Positions 1 through 9,323 of a DNA stretch of 32,000 nucleotides are shown here, in pieces; position 1 is the stretch's first letter, and each line of letters begins with the position of its first letter. The DNA comes from Cuniculiplasma divulgatum (lineage in GTDB: Archaea > Thermoplasmatota > Thermoplasmata > Thermoplasmatales > Thermoplasmataceae): the NCBI RefSeq assembly GCF_900083515.1, contig NZ_LT671858.1, positions 1,890,001 to 1,922,000 of the forward strand. The letters are read 5' to 3'. The translations under genes and the position numbers were made by a program. The notes under the pieces are model-generated. The model made no database searches and had not been told where the DNA came from. It saw nothing but the letters and a program-made list of their open reading frames with translations.

Positions 1-163
1 GCCTAAGATTATCCACAATACCGCTATTTCTTATCATATCATCAAGCGTATCCGGCATCCTTATACCCATCAATTCCTCCATATCTTTGAGCTGAAGGAA
101 TTTATCATTCAGGCAAATGGATGGAAATCCTCCTGAATAGTTTTTTAACATACAGAACTTCAT
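1..163 (-). CDS. 5' part of an unidentified ORF that runs out of the window (first 54 codons)
   Basis: Own reading of the minus strand: ATG at 163-161, then open to position 1 (MKFCMLKNYSGGFPSICLNDKFLQLKDMEELMGIRMPDTLDDMIRNSGIVDNLR...). TATA-like TTTAAGAA (plus-strand 184-191) lies about 25 nt upstream. Too short for the ORF track; no family recognised. Confidence 0.3.
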   Translation of the reverse strand, partial: MKFCMLKNYSGGFPSICLNDKFLQLKDMEELMGIRMPDTLDDMIRNSGIVDNLR

Positions 164-309
164 ATGGATGCAATTATACTGTATTCTTAAACGTTGGCTC
201 AATACCAATCTTGTTAACTTAAACCCAATAAAAATCTGATATCATTTTGCGAGTGATGCTAACTATGTCAGATGCTTGTCCGATATTTGTATTTCGAATT
301 TAAAAAAAG

Positions 310-318
310 TTTATATAT
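310..318 (+). promoter_or_regulatory. TATA box (TTTATATAT) with A-rich BRE-like upstream, serving ftsZ
   Basis: The box is centred about 26 nt upstream of the ATG at 340, which is the archaeal leaderless-mRNA geometry. It lies inside the TTG-started ORF of the track, arguing against the 319 start. Confidence 0.45.
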
Positions 319-339
319 TTGTCTGTCAATTGTCTATCA

Positions 340-1383
340 ATGATGGAATATGACAGCGAGATGGAAAAAATCCTTAAAACCGCTAAAGTAAGGATTAAGG
401 TAATAGGCTGTGGTGGTGCAGGATGTAACTCTGTTACAAACCTTAAGAAGTTTGGACTATCAGGTGCAAAACTCATTGCACTTAACACTGATGCCGCACA
501 TCTTAAAGATAAAACTGATTCTGATGTGCTTATGCTCATTGGGGAAAGATTAACTAATGGACACGGTGCAAAAGCTGATCCAAATGTGGGGAGAGATGCA
601 GCCATAGAAAGTAGAGATTCGATTATGAAGGCTACTGCAAATGCAGATCTTGTCTTTATTATAGCCGGGATGGGTGGAGGTACTGGAACCGGAAGCGCAC
701 CCATAGTTGCTCAGGCAGCAAAGGCCAATGGTGCACAGGTTATATGTTTTGTAACCCTCCCAACAAAAAGTGAGGGCGAAATAAGAAAACAAAATGCAAA
801 GATAGGTCTAGAGAGTCTCACAAAAGTCTCGCATACAGTCATAGTTATTTCAAATGAAAGGCTCAAGCAGATAAACAACAAAAAAAATGAGGAGGAAAGC
901 TATGCTATGGCCGATAAATTCATTGTAGATCAGATTTCAGGTATTGTTAATACGATTACAGACACCAGCCTGATAAATGTTGAATTCTCTGACCTCATGA
1001 GGGTGTTATCGCACTCAAGAGCTGCATATGTTGGAGTGGGAGAGTCTTCAGGTGGAGAAAAAAGAATGGATTTTGCCCTTAATGATGCCTTAACAAACCA
1101 GTTGATTGATGTGGATATATCAAAGGCGAAGGGATGCTTGATGAGGGTCATAGGAGGTAACTTTACCATCGATGAATTTGATGACATATCAAAGAAAATG
1201 CTAGGGATGATGAATGAAGATTGTGAATTTATAGTTGGAGCAGACATAAAGGAAGAGATGGGCGACGCGGTTAAAATTTTCCTGATTATTACAGGTGTTG
1301 ATTCCAACTTCATAATCGGAAATGGTGACGATATCGATCCTCACCTTTTTGGCGATGATGACAGTGACAATAGAATTGCATAA
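340..1383 (+). CDS. ftsZ: Cell division GTPase FtsZ (tubulin/FtsZ family)
   Basis: IKVIGCGGAGCNSV N-terminus, NTDA motif (ALNTDAAHL), tubulin signature GMGGGTGTGSAPIVA, and T7-loop-like INVEFSDL. Start moved from TTG 319 to the in-frame ATG 340 because of the TATA position. Confidence 0.9.
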   Translation: MMEYDSEMEKILKTAKVRIKVIGCGGAGCNSVTNLKKFGLSGAKLIALNTDAAHLKDKTDSDVLMLIGERLTNGHGAKADPNVGRDAAIESRDSIMKATANADLVFIIAGMGGGTGTGSAPIVAQAAKANGAQVICFVTLPTKSEGEIRKQNAKIGLESLTKVSHTVIVISNERLKQINNKKNEEESYAMADKFIVDQISGIVNTITDTSLINVEFSDLMRVLSHSRAAYVGVGESSGGEKRMDFALNDALTNQLIDVDISKAKGCLMRVIGGNFTIDEFDDISKKMLGMMNEDCEFIVGADIKEEMGDAVKIFLIITGVDSNFIIGNGDDIDPHLFGDDDSDNRIA

Positions 1384-1410
1384 AGTCTGAAAACTACATT
1401 TTACCAATTT

Positions 1411-1420
1411 TTTTATATTA
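1411..1420 (+). promoter_or_regulatory. TATA box (TTTTATATTA) for pyrF
   Basis: Centred about 25-26 nt upstream of the ATG at 1440; leaderless geometry. Confidence 0.4.
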
Positions 1421-1439
1421 TTTGTAATTAGCCATCATT

Positions 1440-2066
1440 ATGAATCATAAAATTGTTGCATCCCTTGATATAACAGACGAGAAGAAGTTGATTTCTATTG
1501 CTGAGGAAATAAGTAACAGCGTGTTTGCAATTAAAATAAACTGGCCAACAATATTGAGCCTCGGAAAATCAATTATAGGAAAACTTTCCATGTTTTCAAA
1601 AGTGATTTGCGATCTGAAGATAGCAGATATACCGAATACCAACAGGCTTATTATTGAACAAATTTCAAAGGAAAACCCATGGGCAGTTATTGGACACCTC
1701 TTTCCAGGACCTGATTCTATGAAATCTCTTGTTGATAATTCTGGTGAAATAAAAATAATTGGAGTTGCATCAATGAGCAATCCCGGGTCTAATCTGTATC
1801 TTAACCCAAACTTTGAGAATCTAGTTTCTGATGCTATAACTCTTGGATGTTACGGTATTGTGGCACCTGGAAACGATTATGAACTCCTCGGAAAAATATC
1901 AAGGACAAAAGGACCATTGAAGATTTTCTCTCCTGGAGTTGGCGCACAGGGTGGTGGATACAAAAAAGCAATTAGCTCCGGCTCAGACTATGTAATAATA
2001 GGTAGATCTATCTATGAGAATCCTGAACCACTGAAATATATAATGAATCTGGAAGGAGAAAACTAA
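1440..2066 (+). CDS. pyrF: Orotidine 5'-phosphate decarboxylase
   Basis: Active-site motif DLKIADIPNT (D-x-K-x-x-D-I), AIKINWPT segment, about 208 aa TIM-barrel size, C-terminal IIGRSIY phosphate-binding-like segment. Confidence 0.85.
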   Translation: MNHKIVASLDITDEKKLISIAEEISNSVFAIKINWPTILSLGKSIIGKLSMFSKVICDLKIADIPNTNRLIIEQISKENPWAVIGHLFPGPDSMKSLVDNSGEIKIIGVASMSNPGSNLYLNPNFENLVSDAITLGCYGIVAPGNDYELLGKISRTKGPLKIFSPGVGAQGGGYKKAISSGSDYVIIGRSIYENPEPLKYIMNLEGEN

Positions 2067-2228
2067 CCACGAGAAAATGTCACAGGTCGTTAACTATTCG
2101 GCCGTAAAGTTGATCCAGTATTTTTGTAAGTATAAGTAAGATTTATGGGAGTATTTATGCAAATTAACTACGAAAGTTATATATTGTAATCAAAAATACA
2201 GGTAATATCACTACAAAGACTGATCATT

Positions 2229-3116
2229 ATGAGTGACGTCCTTCCTGAACTAGAACAGAAAAGAGAGATTTTAAGAAATCTGGTCGAAGACCATATCAAG
2301 AGGCGAGATGAGCTTTCGCAAGAAGCCCATTATTACGCTGAAGAGAGGGATAAACTTAACCAGAAATCTAAATCTATGCGAGAAATTGTTATGAAAAAGA
2401 TTGACGATAAGGGACAGCTTATCGAAAAAATTCAGAAAATGAGAAATGAAAAAGAAGATCATTTTAAAGAACTTTCTGAATTGAGAAGGGAGTTAAGAAA
2501 ATACCGTGATTCATTTAAATCACAGGGTGCTGATCCTTCTGAATTAAGAAGAAAGGAGAAGGAACTTCAAAGGCTTGAGAAAACCCAGCAGACTACGCAG
2601 CTTAAGAAGGATGAGGAAAAAAGGATAGTTCTTGAGATCAGGAAGCTCAGCAACGATATTAGAAAAACAAGGGAAGCTGTAGAAAAAGAACTGAAAGAAA
2701 ACGACAGTGTTAAGGATTTATCTGGAAAGATAAACGAGAAGAGAAAAGTTGTAGATGAGTTCAAGAAGGAAATTGACGAAATATCCAAACAGATAAATGG
2801 GCTTGGAGACGAGATTAGTAAGGGTCTTCAGGAACTTGATGAAACAAGAAAAAAAGCCGATGAATTTCATGAAATGTTTATAAAGTTCAATAAGGAATCT
2901 GAGAAAGAACATGAAGGGTTCATAAAGGCAAAAACTGAACTCAGAGACCTTGAAAAGATACTTGGTGGAATGGCAGCAAAAACTAGAGCCACCAGAAAGA
3001 AGGAGAAGGAAGGGGAATTACAGAATAAGGCAAATGTTCTTTTTGATAAATTTAAGAATGGGGAACAGCTCACAACAGAGGATCTCCTGATTCTCCAAAA
3101 AGCTGGATTTCTCTAA
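2229..3116 (+). CDS. Long K/E-rich coiled-coil protein (resembles the uncharacterised archaeal coiled-coil family I remember as COG1340)
   Basis: 295 aa that is almost entirely heptad-like charged helix, with no enzymatic motif. The long antisense ORFs on it are low-complexity artefacts. Confidence 0.65.
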   Translation: MSDVLPELEQKREILRNLVEDHIKRRDELSQEAHYYAEERDKLNQKSKSMREIVMKKIDDKGQLIEKIQKMRNEKEDHFKELSELRRELRKYRDSFKSQGADPSELRRKEKELQRLEKTQQTTQLKKDEEKRIVLEIRKLSNDIRKTREAVEKELKENDSVKDLSGKINEKRKVVDEFKKEIDEISKQINGLGDEISKGLQELDETRKKADEFHEMFIKFNKESEKEHEGFIKAKTELRDLEKILGGMAAKTRATRKKEKEGELQNKANVLFDKFKNGEQLTTEDLLILQKAGFL

Positions 3117-4201
3117 TCCAGGCTATTATTACTTTCAGAAGAAAGAGATACATTATAAATTCTTGACCCGTCCTGTATATTTATGTTTGATGAAAGAGCG
3201 CTCTCTATTACCTCACAGTCCTTCCCTATGGACGTCCCTTTCATTATTACTGACTTTGAAACAGTAGATTTCTTTCCTATACTACAGTTTTCAAATATTA
3301 TAGAATCCCTGACATTGCAGTTCTCTGCTATTACAGCATTGTCATAAACTGTTGAATTCTCTATTAAGGCATTCTTTCCAATTTTAACTCCTTCTCCTAT
3401 ATAGCAACTTCCTGTAACAGTAAAATCTGATCCTGCAGGTCTTTCCCTGATTATCATTTTCCCTTTAAAATTGGTCTCATTTATTTCGTTACCATACTTT
3501 TCTGACATGAGCTGGTTTGCAAGTATAAGTTCTCTTGGTCTTCCTGTATCAAGCCATGCTCCCTTGCCGTGATAAGTATTTATCTCAACTCCCTCTCTCA
3601 ATAGTTTAGGAAAGAGCTCCTTGGCAAAGTCATAAGTTTGATCTTCAGGTATATGATTGAATATTTCTGGTTCAAGAACATATATTCCGGCATTCACCAT
3701 ATTTGTAAAAACCTCAGCAGCAGTAGGTTTCTCAAGGAATCTCTTAACAATATTATTTTTATCCTCAACAATACCAAACTGCGTTGGATCTTCAACTTCA
3801 GTTAGTACTATGGTTGCAATCTTTCCACTCTCCCTGTGTGACCTCACCGCCTCTTCTATATCAAAGTCAGCAAGAACATCTCCACTTGCTACAACAAAGG
3901 TATCATTCAGAAAACCCTCAACCATTTTTACAGAACCTGCAGTTCCTGCTGGTTCTCTCTCTACAGAATACAGTATACTCTGCTTCTGGTGCTTTGTTTT
4001 TATCAATCCTGAGATCAGTGCTTCGAATTTATATCCTGTAGTAACTATGATATCTTCAATGCCAGCCTGTGCAAACGATCTAATTGGGTATTCCATACAA
4101 GGTATACCAGCAATGGGTACCAGTGGTTTAGGTATTGCATAGGTTATTGGCCTCAGCCTTGTTCCTCTTCCACCGGCCATTAAAACTCCCTTTAGAGACA
4201 T
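3113..4201 (-). CDS. Sugar-1-phosphate nucleotidyltransferase with C-terminal left-handed beta-helix (NDP-sugar pyrophosphorylase)
   Basis: N-terminal LMAGGRGTRLRPITYAIPKPLVPI (G-G-x-G-T-R-L-x-P signature). The C-terminus has hexapeptide repeats (IGEGVKIGKNALIENSTVYDNAVIAENCNV...). Sugar and nucleotide specificity cannot be read from the sequence. Confidence 0.85.
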   Translation of the reverse strand: MSLKGVLMAGGRGTRLRPITYAIPKPLVPIAGIPCMEYPIRSFAQAGIEDIIVTTGYKFEALISGLIKTKHQKQSILYSVEREPAGTAGSVKMVEGFLNDTFVVASGDVLADFDIEEAVRSHRESGKIATIVLTEVEDPTQFGIVEDKNNIVKRFLEKPTAAEVFTNMVNAGIYVLEPEIFNHIPEDQTYDFAKELFPKLLREGVEINTYHGKGAWLDTGRPRELILANQLMSEKYGNEINETNFKGKMIIRERPAGSDFTVTGSCYIGEGVKIGKNALIENSTVYDNAVIAENCNVRDSIIFENCSIGKKSTVSKSVIMKGTSIGKDCEVIESALSSNINIQDGSRIYNVSLSSESNNSLD

Positions 4202-4330
4202 AGTTCTACATACTCATTAATATTAAAAATATTGAGTATATAGAAGATGTGGAGGAAAATAGATAAAACCTATATTTTCTTCATTTGGTTTATAACTTCC
4301 CGTGATAGATTATAAGATCTATAATGCGGA

Positions 4331-6004
4331 TTATTTCTCTTCTTCGCCGTAGTATGGAATCTTAAATTTTACCCCCTTTCTCAGTAACTCCTTCGATGAT
4401 TCATATCCCGCATCCGCATGTCTTATAACTCCAATTCCGGGATCTGCATTGAGTACCCTTTTAATTTTATCCTCTGCTTCCTTTGTTCCATCGGCAACAA
4501 GTACAAAACCGGAATGGATTGCGTTACCTATTCCTGTACCTCCACCATGATGTACTGAAACCCATGTTGCTCCAGATGCAGTGTTTAGTAGAGCGTTAAG
4601 TATGGGCCAGTCTGCAATGGCATCAGAACCATCCTTCATGTTTTCTGTTTCCCTGTATGGAGATGCCACAGAACCCGTGTCGTGGTGATCTCTACCGATC
4701 GCAATTGGGGCCGAAAGATCTCCATCCTTTACCATGTCGTTCATTATAAGACCTATTTTTTCTCTTTCTCCATAGGCGGCGTAACATATCCTTGCCGGTA
4801 ACCCCTGGAACTTTACCTTTTCCCTTGCAAGTTTCAACCATTTCACGAGGTGATCATTATATCCTAGATGATATGAAATTGCCTCGTCAAGCTTGTAAAT
4901 ATCTTCCGGATCACCAGATAGGGCAACCCATCTAAACGGACCGGAACCAACTGCAAATAAATCTCTAATATATGCCGGCACGTATCCCTGTATCTCAAAT
5001 GCCCTGCTTTCTCCACCTTCCTTTGCTCTGGTTCTCAGGTTGTTACCATAATCAAAAACTTTAGAACCATATTCCTTCATCTTCAGTATCGCCCTAACTT
5101 CCTTGACTATGGATTCATAAACCTTCTTTCTGTATGCCTCGAAATCCTCTTCCCTAAACTTTGCAGCACTTTCAACGGTATATCCTTCTGGTATGTAACC
5201 TAAGTTCAGGTCATGGGCCGCTGTCTGATCCGTTACCACATCCGGAACTATTTTCTTTCTTGCAAGCTCATCGAAAATAGTTGCAGCATTTCCAAGCAAA
5301 CCAATTGATATGGGTTTTTTCTTCTGCACGTATTCATCCTTAATCCTAAGGGCATCGTCAAGATCCTTTGCCTGTACATCAAGATATTTTCCTTTCAATC
5401 TTCTGTCTATTTTCTCCTGATCGACATCTACAACTAAGCCAACACCATTATTCATTGTAATTGCCAGAGGTTGAGCACCTCCCATCTCTCCAAGACCAGC
5501 TGTGAGAACCCATTTTCCTGTTAGATCTGGTTGATTGAAATCCTTCTTGGCCATTGCGTGCAATGTTTCGTATGTACCCTGAAGAACACCCTGACTTCCT
5601 ATGTATATCCATGAACCTGCCGTCATCTGCCCAAACATTGTGAGACCTCTCTTTTCAAGATCCCAGAATATATCATCAGTTGCCCATTTTGGGACTATCT
5701 GGGCGTTGACAATAATAACACGTGGTGCTTCCTTTGTTGTCTTGAAAGCACCCACCGGCTTGCCAGACTGAATCAGTAGTGTTTCGTCGTTGTAAAGCTC
5801 TTTCAGCATTGCAACAATTTCATCAAAATCTTTCCATGTTCTTGCTGCCTTTCCTTTCCCTCCATAAACTATAAGGTTTTCTGGGTCCTTTGCAACTTCT
5901 GGATCGAGATTGTTCATAAGTAAACGAAGTGCGGCTTCCTGTTGCCATCCTCTTGCATTTAATTTTTTCCCTCTTGGAGCCCTTATTTCTTTATATTCTC
6001 TCAT
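4331..6004 (-). CDS. hutU: Urocanate hydratase (urocanase)
   Basis: 557 aa, a typical urocanase length. NAD-site motif [12 protein letters not shown] (canonical GLGGMGGAQ), plus conserved [13 protein letters not shown] and IGRDHHD segments. Confidence 0.9.
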   Translation of the reverse strand: MREYKEIRAPRGKKLNARGWQQEAALRLLMNNLDPEVAKDPENLIVYGGKGKAARTWKDFDEIVAMLKELYNDETLLIQSGKPVGAFKTTKEAPRVIIVNAQIVPKWATDDIFWDLEKRGLTMFGQMTAGSWIYIGSQGVLQGTYETLHAMAKKDFNQPDLTGKWVLTAGLGEMGGAQPLAITMNNGVGLVVDVDQEKIDRRLKGKYLDVQAKDLDDALRIKDEYVQKKKPISIGLLGNAATIFDELARKKIVPDVVTDQTAAHDLNLGYIPEGYTVESAAKFREEDFEAYRKKVYESIVKEVRAILKMKEYGSKVFDYGNNLRTRAKEGGESRAFEIQGYVPAYIRDLFAVGSGPFRWVALSGDPEDIYKLDEAISYHLGYNDHLVKWLKLAREKVKFQGLPARICYAAYGEREKIGLIMNDMVKDGDLSAPIAIGRDHHDTGSVASPYRETENMKDGSDAIADWPILNALLNTASGATWVSVHHGGGTGIGNAIHSGFVLVADGTKEAEDKIKRVLNADPGIGVIRHADAGYESSKELLRKGVKFKIPYYGEEEK

Positions 6005-6088
6005 AATTGTGTAAGGAAAATTAGTTTAATAACTCTTCTTTACCTAATAAGGGGTATTTCGGTGGTTCCTGCATATTATTTATGAAAT

Positions 6089-6676
6089 TTATTTTTCAGT
6101 TTTTACCGAATAGTAGAGACTCCCACCAAACGCTAGCGCCCAAATTATATTCGGAATCAGTATCAATCGTTCTATTCCCCCTACCCCAAGTCCCAGATCA
6201 TAGTATTTTGAAACTTCTATAGTTAGAGTGAAGAGTATTAAAGCTACCAGACCAAATGCTCCAAGAATGGCCCATATGATTGCCATTCCATCTTTCTTTT
6301 TGAAAAACACAAAAAATGAAGCTATTGATGCAAACACGAAGGCAAACAGTGCAAATATGAGATGGATATCTCCAAAGTGTTCATTGAATATTCCAACACC
6401 TGCTGCCCCTATTCCAGATAGTATAAGTGATACAGTTACCCCCATTGAATATTTCTTAAGAAATATTCCAGATAGCACCTCAAATATACCAAGAACAATT
6501 ATGCTGATATCAAAAATATAGGGAGTACTGTCGATTCCCAGATGACTTATGGTGTTGTTTGATATACTGTATCCCTTGTCCACAAAAGCAGCTATATTCA
6601 GAAATATGAAAAATTGGGCTATCCCTATGAAAAGGAACAAACCCCCATATTTGAAACTTTTATTATTTGATGCCAT
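6089..6676 (-). CDS. Polytopic membrane protein, DUF998-like
   Basis: 195 aa with about 6 hydrophobic spans. An ISHLG segment after the first span is as I remember for DUF998 proteins. Family call from memory only. Confidence 0.55.
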   Translation of the reverse strand: MASNNKSFKYGGLFLFIGIAQFFIFLNIAAFVDKGYSISNNTISHLGIDSTPYIFDISIIVLGIFEVLSGIFLKKYSMGVTVSLILSGIGAAGVGIFNEHFGDIHLIFALFAFVFASIASFFVFFKKKDGMAIIWAILGAFGLVALILFTLTIEVSKYYDLGLGVGGIERLILIPNIIWALAFGGSLYYSVKTEK

Positions 6677-6762
6677 AAAATATCAGTAGATTATACAATT
6701 TAAACTATAGTATAATTCTATTTTATTTAATAACTAAAATGGTTATGTGGTTAAAATTGATT

Positions 6763-8595
6763 TTACTTCATTGTTTTTTCAAGAAAGTTCCTTGTTTCCT
6801 TCATGGATTGTAGTATATGTTCCTTCTCTGTAAAACCGTGGCCTTCTCTGGGAAATAGAAGCAATCTTACGTCCTTTCCATTTTCCTTTAATGCTCTGTA
6901 GAACTGGAAGGACTGGCTTACTGGAACACATGGATCGGATTCTCCATGCATTATGAGAAGTGGTGTCTTTATGTTCTTTACGTATCTTAAAGGTGAGAAC
7001 TTTAAAAATTTATCAAACTCGAGTGCTTTCTGATCGTACTGAATTTCATCCCATTCTGGGATATTTGTTGTACCATGAAAACTGATCCAGTCAGAAATTC
7101 CGAAGAGAGAAATCGCTGACCTGAAAATGTCTGTTTGTGTAATTGCCCATTGAGTCATGAATCCACCATAGGAACCACCTGTTATTGCTATTTTATTCCT
7201 GTCAGAATATCCTTCTTTAATCAAGAATTGAACACCTGTTATCACATCATGCAGATCCATTCCTCCCATGTCACCAAAGTTCAAGCCCGCAAACTTCCTT
7301 CCTCTTCCTGTACTGCCCCTAAAATTTGGCATGAAAATGGAGTACCCCTCAGGAAGAAGGTATGAATATCTGTCCATGAAAGTTTCCTTTACAGAACCGG
7401 TTGGACCTCCATGAACTATCACAAGGGACGGCATATTCTTTCCTGGGTTCCTCAGGAAACCATTTATCTCAAGACCATCAACTGATTTCCATGATACAGA
7501 TTTCCATTCATAGGCCTTTATTTCCTTCATTTTCTCATTGTGTGTTGTGATCTGTTTATCGTTTCTTTCACCAATATTTACTACGAAAATCTCAGATGGA
7601 TTACTCTGGTCCGAAAACTCTATGAATATTTTTCCTGAAGTATAAACAAAGTCTGGAGCCATACCTGGACCCACACTTCCTCTCTTTTTCCATAATATTT
7701 CAGAATTTCCGCTAGAAAATCTCTCTATCATGAAATATTCCTTTTCCTGACAAATTGCAAGAAGATTTCCATTTTCATCCCACCTGGGTCCGCTATAGCT
7801 TTTTTCTGCATCCTTACTTATGTTTGTAACTTTACCTGATGTCGTTTCAAGGAACATTAGGTCCCCTGTCGTTACACCTCTATCACTCCATATAGATTCC
7901 ACAAAACTTAGTCTCGAACTATCATTTGAAAGTGATGGTAGTGCAACTTGCCCATTACTTGGCCTGTAGATCTTTCTCCATAATCCATTCATACTTATTT
8001 CAGCTATATAATTCTCGAACCAGCTCCCTTCTCTTGGTGAATCCGATGAAACCGCGTAAATCTTGCCGCTTTTATAATCGAATTCCCATATATGAGGAGT
8101 ATCCTTTATTTCACTGAATCCTTCTGTTAACCTGAGTTTGAATATTCTATTCTTTTCATCAGTTTCTTCAAAGAAATGCCCATCTTCTGCCTTCTCAATT
8201 TTATCCTTTGTGATAGGGGACGTGAGCATAATGATCTCATTATCTTTGCCCCACCTATAGTCTATTGGGGCCCCAGGGCACTTTAATTCCATTTCAGCTT
8301 TCTCCATTAAATTCCTTATATGAAGATTCCAGCTATCGTCCGTTCCTGAAATATACGATAGATGCTTATCGTCCATAGAAAATTTAGGAAGAGAAAGTTG
8401 ATGACCAGATTCTGATATAGATTCTTCAGACCCAGAGTCGATATTTTTCAATATAATTTTATTTTCCTGAGGTTTCTTAAATTCCTTATATCCCTGACCC
8501 AGTACATAACTTAATAACTTTCCATCACCACTCACAGTTTTCCCGGTTATGGTACTTAGATCGAAAATGCTTTCAATAACTGGTTCTCTTGACAT
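6763..8595 (-). CDS. S9-family serine peptidase (acylaminoacyl-peptidase / prolyl oligopeptidase type) with N-terminal beta-propeller
   Basis: C-terminal alpha/beta-hydrolase domain with nucleophile elbow ITGGSYGGFM, Asp in HGESDPCVP and His in REGHGF. The long N-terminal region is propeller-like. Confidence 0.85.
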   Translation of the reverse strand: MSREPVIESIFDLSTITGKTVSGDGKLLSYVLGQGYKEFKKPQENKIILKNIDSGSEESISESGHQLSLPKFSMDDKHLSYISGTDDSWNLHIRNLMEKAEMELKCPGAPIDYRWGKDNEIIMLTSPITKDKIEKAEDGHFFEETDEKNRIFKLRLTEGFSEIKDTPHIWEFDYKSGKIYAVSSDSPREGSWFENYIAEISMNGLWRKIYRPSNGQVALPSLSNDSSRLSFVESIWSDRGVTTGDLMFLETTSGKVTNISKDAEKSYSGPRWDENGNLLAICQEKEYFMIERFSSGNSEILWKKRGSVGPGMAPDFVYTSGKIFIEFSDQSNPSEIFVVNIGERNDKQITTHNEKMKEIKAYEWKSVSWKSVDGLEINGFLRNPGKNMPSLVIVHGGPTGSVKETFMDRYSYLLPEGYSIFMPNFRGSTGRGRKFAGLNFGDMGGMDLHDVITGVQFLIKEGYSDRNKIAITGGSYGGFMTQWAITQTDIFRSAISLFGISDWISFHGTTNIPEWDEIQYDQKALEFDKFLKFSPLRYVKNIKTPLLIMHGESDPCVPVSQSFQFYRALKENGKDVRLLLFPREGHGFTEKEHILQSMKETRNFLEKTMK

Positions 8596-8779
8596 CTGGA
8601 ACCATTGATTTCTGATATTTATAATTATTTAGGATTCACGATGACTTCCGTTGCTTTATTATATGGTAAAGATTTATTGATTATATTACTTGGAACAATT
8701 TGAATACCCATTAGATTAGTCGCCACTGTGATAAGATTTTTCTTAAAGTATTTCTAATAAGAAAGATTACCAGTTTAAC

Positions 8780-8852
8780 GCCACTGTGGCTTAGTAGGTA
8801 GAGCAGCTGATTTGTAATCAGCAGGTCGGGGGTTCAAATCCCTCCAGTGGCT
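8780..8852 (+). tRNA. tRNA-Thr (anticodon UGU), no encoded CCA
   Basis: Hand-folded cloverleaf:
- acceptor GCCACTG / CAGTGGC
- D stem GCTT / GAGC
- anticodon stem GCTGA / TCAGC with loop TT-TGT-AA
- variable loop AGGTC
- T stem GGGGG / CCCTC with loop TTCAAAT
- discriminator T. Confidence 0.9.
8812..8852 (+). repeat. 41-bp direct repeat copy 1 (attL-like), equal to the 3' half of tRNA-Thr
   Basis: TTGTAATCAGCAGGTCGGGGGTTCAAATCCCTCCAGTGGCT, identical 41/41 to 13406-13446. Identity ends on both sides (T vs C on the 5' side, C vs T on the 3' side). Confidence 0.9.
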
Positions 8853-8865
8853 CTTTTCTTGTTTT
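8853..8865 (+). terminator. T-rich tract after the tRNA (CTTTTCTTGTTTT)
   Basis: Archaeal RNAP terminates at oligo-T; the tract begins immediately after the discriminator base. Confidence 0.35.
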
Positions 8866-9323
8866 CCGAAGCAATGTACATTAATCGGAAGCTGACTTGC
8901 AATGAAATTAATTGAACAGTTTACTCTGCAGTTAACATATCCCTGAGACTATTCTGAAGCAGATAGTTCAAAATCCTGATTTTAAGGTGAGATTCCAGAG
9001 GGAAGTGGTAGAGAATCAAAAATAACTGTGCAGCATTTATTTTGAGTTGTTAAAAATACTTCATGAATTATTTTTGTATGTCCATCCAAAAAATTAGCAG
9101 TTGTTCTAGAATCTCCAAAGCATTTGAGTATGATAGCTGATCTTTAAATATTGCATAATAACTTAATTTGCTTCTATAAAGTAACATTGACTGTACCATA
9201 ATCCTCTGTGTTAGCGGAAATATCCTATTGATACTGATTTTTATTCTCTAAAATTTCAGTCCCAAATAGGAAAAAAACTTCTCCTAACTGTTTCCACTTT
9301 AACTGCACAATTTTGTTCCTTAG

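Noticed and set aside
300-704. Long antisense ORFs opposite real genes in the six-frame track:
- 300-704 and 550-792 on ftsZ
- 2271-3073 on the coiled-coil gene
- 3657-4142 on the nucleotidyltransferase
- 21181-22005 on the AKR
- 25429-25971 on the MFS gene
- and others
   Set aside because: They overlap strongly supported genes on the other strand. They have low-complexity or biased composition, no recognisable motifs, and no promoter or SD context.
8721-8730. A 10-nt copy (CGCCACTGTG) of the tRNA-Thr 5' end plus one upstream base, 58 bp upstream of the tRNA.
   Set aside because: It is too short to distinguish from chance or promoter-region similarity. There is no further tRNA-like sequence around it and no cloverleaf.
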